Positions 12,731-22,466 of a stretch of DNA of 64,000 nt are shown piece after piece (the stretch's first letter is position 1; every line of letters starts with the position of its first letter). A program made the position numbers and the translations under genes. The notes under the pieces are model-generated. The model saw only the letters and a program-made list of their open reading frames with translations. It ran no database searches and was not told where the DNA came from. The stretch is from Squalus acanthias (taxonomy: Eukaryota): contig CM059432.1 of NCBI GenBank assembly GCA_030390025.1, positions 119,724,001 through 119,788,000 on the forward strand, written 5' to 3'.

Positions 12731-14357
12731 TGTAAGGGATTCTGACCCTGCGTGTCTCGCAGCCTGTGAGATTCACGCGGCTCTGTGCAGCCTGTATGTC
12801 AGTGCGGGTCTAGGCCTTGTTGCCTGTTCTGGTCTCCAGCCAGTCTGGGAACACTAGACACACCTGTGAGTGGTTCGAATCACTCTCCCTTACGGTTCTA
12901 GACACTGGACTTAGATGCGAGAGCAGTAATGGAGATGAAACTCATGTAGACTCGGTTTGAATGGTACGAAATGGAAAATCTTTATTGCATGATACTTAAG
13001 ATTATGAAATACATGTCATAAGCACAGATTAATGACAGTACAATCTTACAAACAGTTATATAGTCGATCTTAGGGAAACGAGGAACGAACGGCACAAAGT
13101 AAATAGGGGCACACATTACAAATATCCTTAATCCTTAAACCCTCCCCTATCAATATCTATCCTAAACTAGATTCGTAGGATCTCGAGACTCATGCTCACC
13201 ACTCGTGATAACTCGGAGAAATTCCGAATAGCTGATCGGATGTTTTTCACCGCAGCACCCACGTGTCGGTCAGGAGATCTCCTGGTCCCACTTGTTTACT
13301 TGCTTCTGCTGCTCCGGCTAGCAGGCTGGAACGTCTGCTGTGATGAAGATCTGTATTGGTGGCTTTCACATTCCAGTTACTTTTGGGCACAGTCCATTTA
13401 TCATCGATGCAATATGTTTCGTTATAAGTTCGAAGAAGTCTTCCTGGCAAGGAAAACTTGGCTAATCGACCTACAGGCGCGGTCGGGATTTACTGACCGT
13501 GGCGATGGATATGGTCTTCCTCTCTTCTCATCTCATCTCATCTCATCTCTTCTCATCTCGGGCCTTTGGTTCCGCTGCCAGTTACCAACATAGGTCTTCG
13601 TTACGCGACACGAGGTAGATCCGAACGGATCAGAAAGTTCAACAGTCTTTTCAGAAGAGGCAACAGGCAAGCAGAAGCCCAACTACGAGTACACAGGAGC
13701 AGCCACGATGATAAGAGCAGCAAGAGAAAGATGGACGGTTTGGAGCCTGCAATTATAGTGCAAAATCTTCCGTTTCCCGCCCAACTATAATGTCCATTCT
13801 TTTGTTTAGGGTCTGGCGCTCAAATGTCTTGTATGGGTGATCTCCGTTCTTAATGGGTTTCGGGGCTACTCGTAAATGTCTGAGTACCTGTTAATATTTC
13901 TCCCATTGTTAAATCGGTCGGTAATCTCCCTGGAGGGGTTTGGGGCTTCCAAGTGTCCTGTATAACTACCTGCTAACGGCTCTCTCATCGTAGAGTCGTT
14001 GGGATTTTACATATTAATGTCTTTTGGATGGGCCCTTGATTACTCGGTACAATGGCTTTCCTTTGTACCTGGGAGACCGATTTCAGTATCTATGTGTATA
14101 CTGCAAACCCATAATGTCTCGTGTATTATCTTCACTGTGCTAACTCTTAATCGATCTTGCACAAATGTTTATTGGAACGCCATCTTGTCTGCCTGTTGAA
14201 AAGTCTAGAATGTTCTGTCACGAGGTGCGGTGGCCATTTTACAGGCTGCTTGTGTCCACTTTAAACCTGCCAGCATTCTGCTGAAATAAAAGCTGTTTGA
14301 ACGAAACTCTGTGTTTTCTCCTTATTAACAAAATCGCGATATATTGCGAATTCTACA
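12731..14357 (-). repeat. 3' LTR of tandem element
   Basis: tgtaagggat...gaattctaca; near-identical to 20384-22010 and 28037-29663; purine tract adjoins at 14358-14369. Confidence 0.97.
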
Positions 14358-14813
14358 GTCCCTCCTGTTGATGCGAATAACTCCGCTTATCGTATCAAAA
14401 ATCATAGTGGTGAGCAATATTACCTCGATTTCTCTCCGAATCCAGCAAATTAATCCCATAATTTTAACCTAGCTAGGGTCTCTGTGTCGTCCTTATTTCC
14501 CAAGAAAATTACATTTTTATATCACCGTGGGCCTTTATTTGTCCTTAAACTTACACCACTTGTTTTCCTTCCCGGCGTAACCAGGCCGATGCCTCTCGTA
14601 TCACCTGTATATTCATCTTTTATTCAGGGAAAGGAAAAACAAAACTCAAAACTAAAATAATCAATTCTAACTGTAACACCATCACCCAAAATAATCAACA
14701 CCAACTCTTAAAACATGTCGAGTTCCCAACGTATGTACAATCCCTGAAAAATCATCATTGAGTACAAGCTTCCGCGGCGCACGTGGCGCGCGGGAGTGAT
14801 GCCATCTTTCCGA

Positions 14814-17165
14814 TCACACGGTGCTTTCATCGTGCACGCGCACGTAACGTTCTCGCCACTCTCCCGTGTTTTCATGCTTGGTGAGGCGTCTGTCTCTTTT
14901 ACAATGTACGACCAATAGGTACACTACAATGAAAACTTGGCATACGACTAAAATGTGGGAGGCTATTCTGATCCATGAAGGCACTTCAATATTGGTGAAC
15001 AGATTCCACCACGGTGGAACTACTATATCCAGAATGTCTGTTCCCATTTCGACAGTTTTCTGCTCTAATGTGTAAAAATGTTTCTGTGACACCGCGACGG
15101 CTTTTAAAAGTTTGGTGAGGTGTTCAGGGAGAGGGGGAATGAGGTATCCGAAATGCGCGACAAATCGCTGCAAGTCGGTGAAATTCTCTTTTACTGTGAG
15201 ATGAACAGTGGATGGTTCAGGGATTGGGATAATTCGCTGTTGTGCTACTTGAACTTCCGCCCTGGGTTTAAAACAGAAACTGCTGTCACTCACCGGACAC
15301 CGGCTACGGTTTCCATGCTGGTAGTGTTGCGCTGCAGTGGTAACACAATATGTTCCACCCCCGATGTATGCTACCTGCGGAGGCACATGATCTTGTGCCA
15401 TTGCCTCCATGGTGCAATTCATGGACTTGGCGCCAGTCGTTCTGAACCCGCACTGTGGTGTTAAAAAGGCATTCAAGTGCTGGGGGCACAGTATTATGTG
15501 TGCTCCCCTGCCACGACAACCAGAGAGATCTGTACCTGTCATCGTTTGCTCCCAGCGGATGACGTAAGGTGGAACCGCTGCATAGCGAATGTGGGCTCCC
15601 CCCTGAATGACACCAATGTTCTCTACCCGATACACCGGGGCGGGCTTTGTTGTGTCGCCCAAAACCGGCATGCGTAATACTATTCCCATAATAGTGTGGT
15701 TTGAACGTCCGCAGTCCACGGGGACTGGGTAAGCTTCTGAAGCTAGCCTGAGTTGGCATGGACTTAATGCATTCTGAAAAGGGTGGAGCGCCCGCAGGTG
15801 TTTGTTACTTATCCAGGACGGAACCAAACCTTGTTTTAAATCCTCCAAATTACTGCGGCCCTCGCCCAGTAACCACGCCCCGTAAAGCACGCACACCTCG
15901 TTCTGCGCAGCTTGATCGGATGCATTCCGATCTTCCCTAATCAGGGCATTTACCGTCTTTGCATGTTTCTCCAACTCTGCTATAATTTCCTTTAAATGGA
16001 GAGTCATGGCTTGGTCCTCGTGTAAACCCGACCCTACCACTTTATTCTCATCTGTTAGAATGTCTTTTAATTGTGTCTTTAAACCATTAATCTGGGTCTG
16101 CAGCTCCACACTGTCTAGAGCGTTGACCACAGATGTACCCGTGTTAAAAGCAGTGAACGCATCGTTCACCAAACCCCTTCTTTGCCTCCCTACTTGATCC
16201 AAAACTTCCTGTGGTGCGGTGTACAAACTTGTTTTATCAATTTCCGCGAAATCGAATTCGTAAAATTGTCTGAACATCTTGGTCAACAGGACCTGATACA
16301 ACTGTTCCGTCTTTTTGGGGCACCACTCTGGTAACCGCACCTCAGTGAGATTTAAAATCACCGAGGCCACCGCGTAATGTACCCCCTGAAATAGTATCTG
16401 GTCTGTGGGGACCAGTACCAAACCATTCCCGGGTCCCTTACTAGTTTTAGGGCACCCTTCTTCCTCAGCTAGAACTACCGGAATCGTGGGCGGGGCTTTG
16501 CGTGGGCGCGTAATGAGCTCAGTGGCATTTACTGGGATCGGGGAGAATGGGGCTCCGCACCCCCTGGTGCTCGCATCCCACCTCATCCCCTGTCCGTTAT
16601 CCTGCCATTGATTAATAAAAAATATGGAGATGCCTTTGGGGCAAACGTACTTTGACCCCCACATACATACATAAATTCCCTCATCCGGTTCCCACCATTT
16701 GTCCCAACAGACTTTCACTTGTCCGTCTGTCCCCGTAATTGTCCGATGGGTATTATTACCCAGTCGTTCGCACTCGACCGAAGAGTTCCTCATAGTGTTG
16801 CTCAGCTTTCGCAGCCACCACCATCGGCTCAATGGGACCTTCCCACTACAAGTCAAACAAATCCGTTTGCCGACGGTGACGCTGATCCTGGGTGCGATGA
16901 TCCTTACTTTGGGGCACAGTAAAGAAGTCTCTTTGTAGGCAAACCCCGATGTGCTGGAATACTCCGTTGAGTTCGTTCCCAGCCATCCTGGCCACCTTCC
17001 CTTGTGGAAATAGGTGCTGGTCTCCTCTGCCTCCCGTCTTCCGGTCCCATCCACCGCGATGGGGGCCGTGTCCCCGGAACATCCAAACACCACGACATCC
17101 TTGGTGCGGCCTCGATAGGCCAATCCACATCCGATTGCCGCGAGCAATACTAGAATTCGTTCCAT
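14814..17165 (-). CDS. env: Envelope/fusion glycoprotein (783 aa from MERILV)
   Basis: Signal peptide, Ig-like region, RQRR furin site, heptad repeat, Cys-rich region, C-terminal TM; intact. Confidence 0.9.
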   Translation of the reverse strand: MERILVLLAAIGCGLAYRGRTKDVVVFGCSGDTAPIAVDGTGRREAEETSTYFHKGRWPGWLGTNSTEYSSTSGFAYKETSLLCPKVRIIAPRISVTVGKRICLTCSGKVPLSRWWWLRKLSNTMRNSSVECERLGNNTHRTITGTDGQVKVCWDKWWEPDEGIYVCMWGSKYVCPKGISIFFINQWQDNGQGMRWDASTRGCGAPFSPIPVNATELITRPRKAPPTIPVVLAEEEGCPKTSKGPGNGLVLVPTDQILFQGVHYAVASVILNLTEVRLPEWCPKKTEQLYQVLLTKMFRQFYEFDFAEIDKTSLYTAPQEVLDQVGRQRRGLVNDAFTAFNTGTSVVNALDSVELQTQINGLKTQLKDILTDENKVVGSGLHEDQAMTLHLKEIIAELEKHAKTVNALIREDRNASDQAAQNEVCVLYGAWLLGEGRSNLEDLKQGLVPSWISNKHLRALHPFQNALSPCQLRLASEAYPVPVDCGRSNHTIMGIVLRMPVLGDTTKPAPVYRVENIGVIQGGAHIRYAAVPPYVIRWEQTMTGTDLSGCRGRGAHIILCPQHLNAFLTPQCGFRTTGAKSMNCTMEAMAQDHVPPQVAYIGGGTYCVTTAAQHYQHGNRSRCPVSDSSFCFKPRAEVQVAQQRIIPIPEPSTVHLTVKENFTDLQRFVAHFGYLIPPLPEHLTKLLKAVAVSQKHFYTLEQKTVEMGTDILDIVVPPWWNLFTNIEVPSWIRIASHILVVCQVFIVVYLLVVHCKRDRRLTKHENTGEWRERYVRVHDESTV

Positions 17166-17457
17166 CCTTCCTTGGTTCCTGTGATCAGATAGAATGAGGT
17201 AGCCAGCCTCGCAAGAGTCTCTGGCTTTTGTGAAGGGTGAGCGGGTCCCCTGACCTCGCCTCACGTAAACTTCCACGTTTGCTGTATAAACTTTTAACTA
17301 AACCTATCTTTAAAGCTCCCATCATTTTACCATTTTCTGTTAAAATTAGACTACAAACTTAAACCGATTTAAAACTATAAACTTATAACCTTGAACTATA
17401 AGCTTAAAACTTAAAACTAATAACTTTACAGTGCCGCCCGTTCTCAGGGCGGCCCCT

Positions 17458-18567
17458 TTAAATTCTGAGAAGGCTGCTGCGAGCTCTTCCCGACGGTGGG
17501 AGGGCACTGACCCTTCCCTCTGATCTGCCGCAGCCTGTTACTGCTGCGATGTGGCCGGTCTGTATCTGGGTTATCTTAACCTTAAATTTTCGCCTTGGGG
17601 CAGTCTGGGGACATGACCACATCCTCCTGGGCTGGGGTTCTCTACTTGACCTACGGGGAGTTGCTATGGCCGGGGGTTCCGTGACGGACGGACCGGGTTC
17701 CGAGACTTCCATCGGGATGACCTGGGGTTCCATCACAGTCGCTGGCTCCGCCTCCGCTGACTCCGCCTCCCTAACCTCGGGGCTTGCAGTTCGTGGCCCC
17801 GCCCTGCTTGGCCCAGCAGGCGGCCCTTCACTCGTGATCTCTGCCTCCCCCGAGGACTGGTCGTTCAAAGCGGGCGGCCACATCTCTGGGAGCCACACCG
17901 GTACTCTCTGTGCTCCCATAGCGGCTGGCCCTGCCTCCTCTAGCTCCTTCCTCCTGTCTTCGGGACCTGCAGCTTGTGTGTCCACCCTGTGTGGATCTCT
18001 ACCTACAGCCCCCATTCCCTCCAGACCGTTCCTCAGAAACCACCCGTCATCATCACTATTCTCATCTGCACTATCCTCATCTGACCAGGGTGCCCTGAAT
18101 TCTTCCTCATCTAACCCCCAATTCCAGAAAAACGCTGCATGATCGTCCGGGATGTCCCTTCCCCTGATGCAAGCTGCTATGCCTGCCTGTGTGCCTTGTG
18201 GTCCTACCTGGGGCTGTGCTTTCCCACTGGCGGGATTTACCCCTGTAGTTTTCCCTTGTGCACCTGGCTGGTACGGTTTGCATTGGTTTACATCCTCATA
18301 CTCCCGGCTTTTGGCTACCCTGTAGGCTGCTTTTATCTCTCTAAGCTGCCCTTCTAGCCTGAGCACGTCTAACTTTCCCATTGATCGGGCGTTCTCCTCC
18401 CGCAGGGCCTGCTCTCTAAGCAGCCCTTCCAGCCCATCTATTTTCCCTATTAAGCGGGCGTTCTCCTCCCGCAAGGCCTGCTCTTTTAACCTGGCCTCCT
18501 CACCGCAGACCCCCTCCTGTGCGTGTCTTTTAAAAGGACACAGGTAGGCAGGCTGCGTGGGCTCTAG
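17458..18567 (-). CDS. Gag-readthrough extension: coiled-coil cassette fused to Pol C-terminal tail
   Basis: Stop-free frame continuing the gag frame after TGA-CTAG (LEPTQPAYLCPFKRHAQ...EQALREENAR x2...NQCKPYQPG...SSLLRI); expression inferred. Confidence 0.7.
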   Translation of the reverse strand, partial: LEPTQPAYLCPFKRHAQEGVCGEEARLKEQALREENARLIGKIDGLEGLLREQALREENARSMGKLDVLRLEGQLREIKAAYRVAKSREYEDVNQCKPYQPGAQGKTTGVNPASGKAQPQVGPQGTQAGIAACIRGRDIPDDHAAFFWNWGLDEEEFRAPWSDEDSADENSDDDGWFLRNGLEGMGAVGRDPHRVDTQAAGPEDRRKELEEAGPAAMGAQRVPVWLPEMWPPALNDQSSGEAEITSEGPPAGPSRAGPRTASPEVREAESAEAEPATVMEPQVIPMEVSEPGPSVTEPPAIATPRRSSREPQPRRMWSCPQTAPRRKFKVKITQIQTGHIAAVTGCGRSEGRVSALPPSGRARSSLLRI

Positions 18568-20379
18568 TCATTGGGTACTATTAGACGGTCCTGCGGCACC
18601 TACGGGGCCGGTTGCGACCGCCACCTGTCCACGCGCATTCAAGACCAGCTTGCGCATGGCTCCTAATACCACTTCGAGTTCGTCAGGAGGGGTGGGTGCC
18701 TTAGCTTCCTTAGCCGGGACAGGCGCCTGGGCTCGGACCGCGGGATTTTTATCCTTGGAATCCTTCCAAGGGTTCCTGCAATGCTTGCGCCAGTGCCCTG
18801 TCTTCCCACACCCGTAACAAGCATCACCTGCCTGTGGGGCGCGATTACCCTCCTGATGCCACTCTCTTTGATACGGGGCTGCGGGTCGTACCTCATGTAC
18901 TCTTCCCTTAAGGGGACGTGTTGCCATACCCCTTATATTGCGATAACCTAACGTGAGTCGATTCAAGACCGACTCTTCCGTAATGTTGGGGTCATTGGGA
19001 TCAAACCATGCTTTTGCCTGCTCTCTGACGGCTGGTAAACTGTTGGCTATTATGCACCTAAGCCAATGAGTTAAAGCGGTGCCTTCCACATCTTCGCGCT
19101 CGGGCGCACCTAGGCAGCTGCGCTCATATACTGGCCACAGCCTGTCGGCAAAAACCTTCGGGGGTTCTCCCTCCATCTGCACTGTCTGTCCCACTCTAGC
19201 AAACGGACCTTCGTCGTTCGCCCCCAACACTTCCAGGACCTCATTCTTTAATTCCTCATAACTCTTGGTTCCCCTCTTGCTCTCACCTGAGAGACACTGA
19301 AGGACCGAGCTGTCTAATGAGAACAGCAGCATTTTTGCTGTTTCCCCATCATCGCAGCCGTTAATGGCTGCGGCTTGCTCAACTTCTCTGAAATGTACGG
19401 AAGGGTCGTCTGCCTCGGTCAGCTTCCGTACGTGATTTATCATAGCTCTCAGCTGATGTGAACTGTGAGGCAACACCAACTGTCCGAGGAGATCCCCCGG
19501 TTCTTCCCCACCGTTTCTGCTTGGGCCCCTTTTAATACCCGTTACTGGATACAACGATCCCTTTCCTACTTCTTTTTCAATGGGCTCTTTTGTTTCTTCC
19601 ATTGCTTCCTCCCTAACCCAGGTTTCTGAATAGCTGGGTGGCGCGGAGGGCGCAGTGGCTACTACTTCTTCTGCTTTACTTGGTGGGGATTTTCTAAATC
19701 TCTCATTTACTAGCGGCTGGTGTGCCGACGGATTGATAAGGCACACCATGCCGTTCGCATTGTTCACGGCCTTTTTGAGGTGCTCTATCTCCCTTTGGCA
19801 GGCGCTATGATCGGCTCCCTGAAACTTATCCTCAAGGGCCAACTTATATGCCGCCCTAACCCCCGTTAAGCTCTCTTCTTGAGTTCTTATCTGGGCAGCT
19901 TGGCGGTTACATCTTTCCTTTAACCTGCTCTCATTCAATTTTGCCTCAGTGACCTGGCACTCGAGATAATCTATCCTTGTTTTAAGGTGACTGGAGACTT
20001 CCTGGCTTTCTTGGTGTAACTCATTTAAATTCTTAATGAGCACCTCCCCTCCAGAAACCTTCTCATCCATTTCTCCCTCTAAATGACTGATTCGAGCTAC
20101 TAGCGCTGTAATGGTCTGGTTTGAAATCTGAACCTGCCTTTTGTAACACATAAGCCAGACTGCTTTCTCAAGTGTCTTTCTATGTTCTTTACTATCTGTC
20201 CACCTTTCAGCTGCCTCTAGTGGGCTTTTATCCGCTAACAATTCACTTATCCATTTCTTAGTTAGATTAACCTTTCCAAACACATAATCCGCTATCTTTT
20301 CCTGCATAACATTTCGTACAGTCATTCCAAAATCTAACACACTACCCTCTCGCTGCCAGTGTCCTGCCGCGGTCGCCAT
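18568..20379 (-). CDS. gag: Gag polyprotein (603 aa)
   Basis: Coiled coil, PSAPPSY, capsid-like region, CYGCGKTGHWRKHC zinc knuckle; begins just inside the LTR. Confidence 0.92.
   Translation of the reverse strand: MATAAGHWQREGSVLDFGMTVRNVMQEKIADYVFGKVNLTKKWISELLADKSPLEAAERWTDSKEHRKTLEKAVWLMCYKRQVQISNQTITALVARISHLEGEMDEKVSGGEVLIKNLNELHQESQEVSSHLKTRIDYLECQVTEAKLNESRLKERCNRQAAQIRTQEESLTGVRAAYKLALEDKFQGADHSACQREIEHLKKAVNNANGMVCLINPSAHQPLVNERFRKSPPSKAEEVVATAPSAPPSYSETWVREEAMEETKEPIEKEVGKGSLYPVTGIKRGPSRNGGEEPGDLLGQLVLPHSSHQLRAMINHVRKLTEADDPSVHFREVEQAAAINGCDDGETAKMLLFSLDSSVLQCLSGESKRGTKSYEELKNEVLEVLGANDEGPFARVGQTVQMEGEPPKVFADRLWPVYERSCLGAPEREDVEGTALTHWLRCIIANSLPAVREQAKAWFDPNDPNITEESVLNRLTLGYRNIRGMATRPLKGRVHEVRPAAPYQREWHQEGNRAPQAGDACYGCGKTGHWRKHCRNPWKDSKDKNPAVRAQAPVPAKEAKAPTPPDELEVVLGAMRKLVLNARGQVAVATGPVGAAGPSNSTQ
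20361..20378 (-). promoter_or_regulatory. Primer binding site, tRNA-Arg(UCG)
   Basis: TGGCGACCGCGGCAGGAC on minus, 5 nt from the LTR. Confidence 0.85.
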
Positions 20380-20383
20380 TTTC

Positions 20384-22010
20384 TGTAAGGGATTCTGACC
20401 CTGCGTGTCTCGCAGCCTGTGAGATTCACGCGGCTCTGTGCAGCCTGTATGTCAGTGCGGGTCTAGGCCTTGTTGCCTGTTCTGGTCTCCAGCCAGTCTG
20501 GGAACACTAGACACACCTGTGAGTGGTTCGAATCACTCTCCCTTACGGTTCTAGACACTGGACTTAGATGCGAGAGCAGTAATGGAGATGAAACTCATGT
20601 AGACTCGGTTTGAATGGTACGAAATGGAAAATCTTTATTGCATGATACTTAAGATTATGAAATACATGTCATAAGCACAGATTAATGACAGTACAATCTT
20701 ACAAACAGTTATATAGTCGATCTTAGGGAAACGAGGAACGAACGGCACAAAGTAAATAGGGGCACACATTACAAATATCCTTAATCCTTAAACCCTCCCC
20801 TATCAATATCTATCCTAAACTAGATTCGTAGGATCTCGAGACTCATGCTCACCACTCGTGATAACTCGGAGAAATTCCGAATAGCTGATCGGATGTTTTT
20901 CACCGCAGCACCCACGTGTCGGTCAGGAGATCTCCTGGTCCCACTTGTTTACTTGCTTCTGCTGCTCCGGCTAGCAGGCTGGAACGTCTGCTGTGATGAA
21001 GATCTGTATTGGTGGCTTTCACATTCCAGTTACTTTTGGGCACAGTCCATTTATCATCGATGCAATATGTTTCGTTATAAGTTCGAAGAAGTCTTCCTGG
21101 CAAGGAAAACTTGGCTAATCGACCTACAGGCGCGGTCGGGATTTACTGACCGTGGCGATGGATATGGTCTTCCTCTCTTCTCATCTCATCTCATCTCATC
21201 TCTTCTCATCTCGGGCCTTTGGTTCCGCTGCCAGTTACCAACATAGGTCTTCGTTACGCGACACGAGGTAGATCCGAACGGATCAGAAAGTTCAACAGTC
21301 TTTTCAGAAGAGGCAACAGGCAAGCAGAAGCCCAACTACGAGTACACAGGAGCAGCCACGATGATAAGAGCAGCAAGAGAAAGATGGACGGTTTGGAGCC
21401 TGCAATTATAGTGCAAAATCTTCCGTTTCCCGCCCAACTATAATGTCCATTCTTTTGTTTAGGGTCTGGCGCTCAAATGTCTTGTATGGGTGATCTCCGT
21501 TCTTAATGGGTTTCGGGGCTACTCGTAAATGTCTGAGTACCTGTTAATATTTCTCCCATTGTTAAATCGGTCGGTAATCTCCCTGGAGGGGTTTGGGGCT
21601 TCCAAGTGTCCTGTATAACTACCTGCTAACGGCTCTCTCATCGTAGAGTCGTTGGGATTTTACATATTAATGTCTTTTGGATGGGCCCTTGATTACTCGG
21701 TACAATGGCTTTCCTTTGTACCTGGGAGACCGATTTCAGTATCTATGTGTATACTGCAAACCCATAATGTCTCGTGTATTATCTTCACTGTGCTAACTCT
21801 TAATCGATCTTGCACAAATGTTTATTGGAACGCCATCTTGTCTGCCTGTTGAAAAGTCTAGAATGTTCTGTCACGAGGTGCGGCGGCCATTTTACAGGCT
21901 GCTTGTGTCCACTTTAAACCTGCCAGCATTCTGCTGAAATAAAAGCTGTTTGAACGAAACTCTGTGTTTTCTCCTTATTAACAAAATCGCGATATATTGC
22001 GAATTCTACA
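20384..22010 (-). repeat. Shared middle LTR of tandem element
   Basis: PBS on one side, PPT on the other, no TSD. Confidence 0.97.
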
Positions 22011-22466
22011 GTCCCTCCTGTTGATGCGAATAACTCCGCTTATCGTATCAAAAATCATAGTGGTGAGCAATATTACCTCGATTTCTCTCCGAATCCAGCA
22101 AATTAATCCCATAATTTTAACCTAGCTAGGGTCTCTGTGTCGTCCTTATTTCCCAAGAAAATTACATTTTTATATCACCGTGGGCCTTTATTTGTCCTTA
22201 AACTTACACCACTTGTTTTCCTTCCCGGCGTAACCAGGCCGATGCCTCTCGTATCACCTGTATATTCATCTTTTATTCAGGGAAAGGAAAAACAAAACTC
22301 AAAACTAAAATAATCAATTCTAACTGTAACACCATCACCCAAAATAATCAACACCAACTCTTAAAACATGTCGAGTTCCCAACGTATGTACAATCCCTGA
22401 AAAATCATCATTGAGTACAAGCTTCCGCGGCGCACGTGGCGCGCGGGAGTGACGCCATCTTTCCGA

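Noticed and set aside
13192..13593. 133-aa antisense ORF in the LTR (also 20845, 28498)
   Set aside because: Recurs only because the LTR repeats; truncated to 81 aa and divergent in the helper LTR
17549..18142. 197-aa antisense ORF over the Pol tail
   Set aside because: GC-rich shadow of the sense frame; shorter in the complete provirus; no motifs
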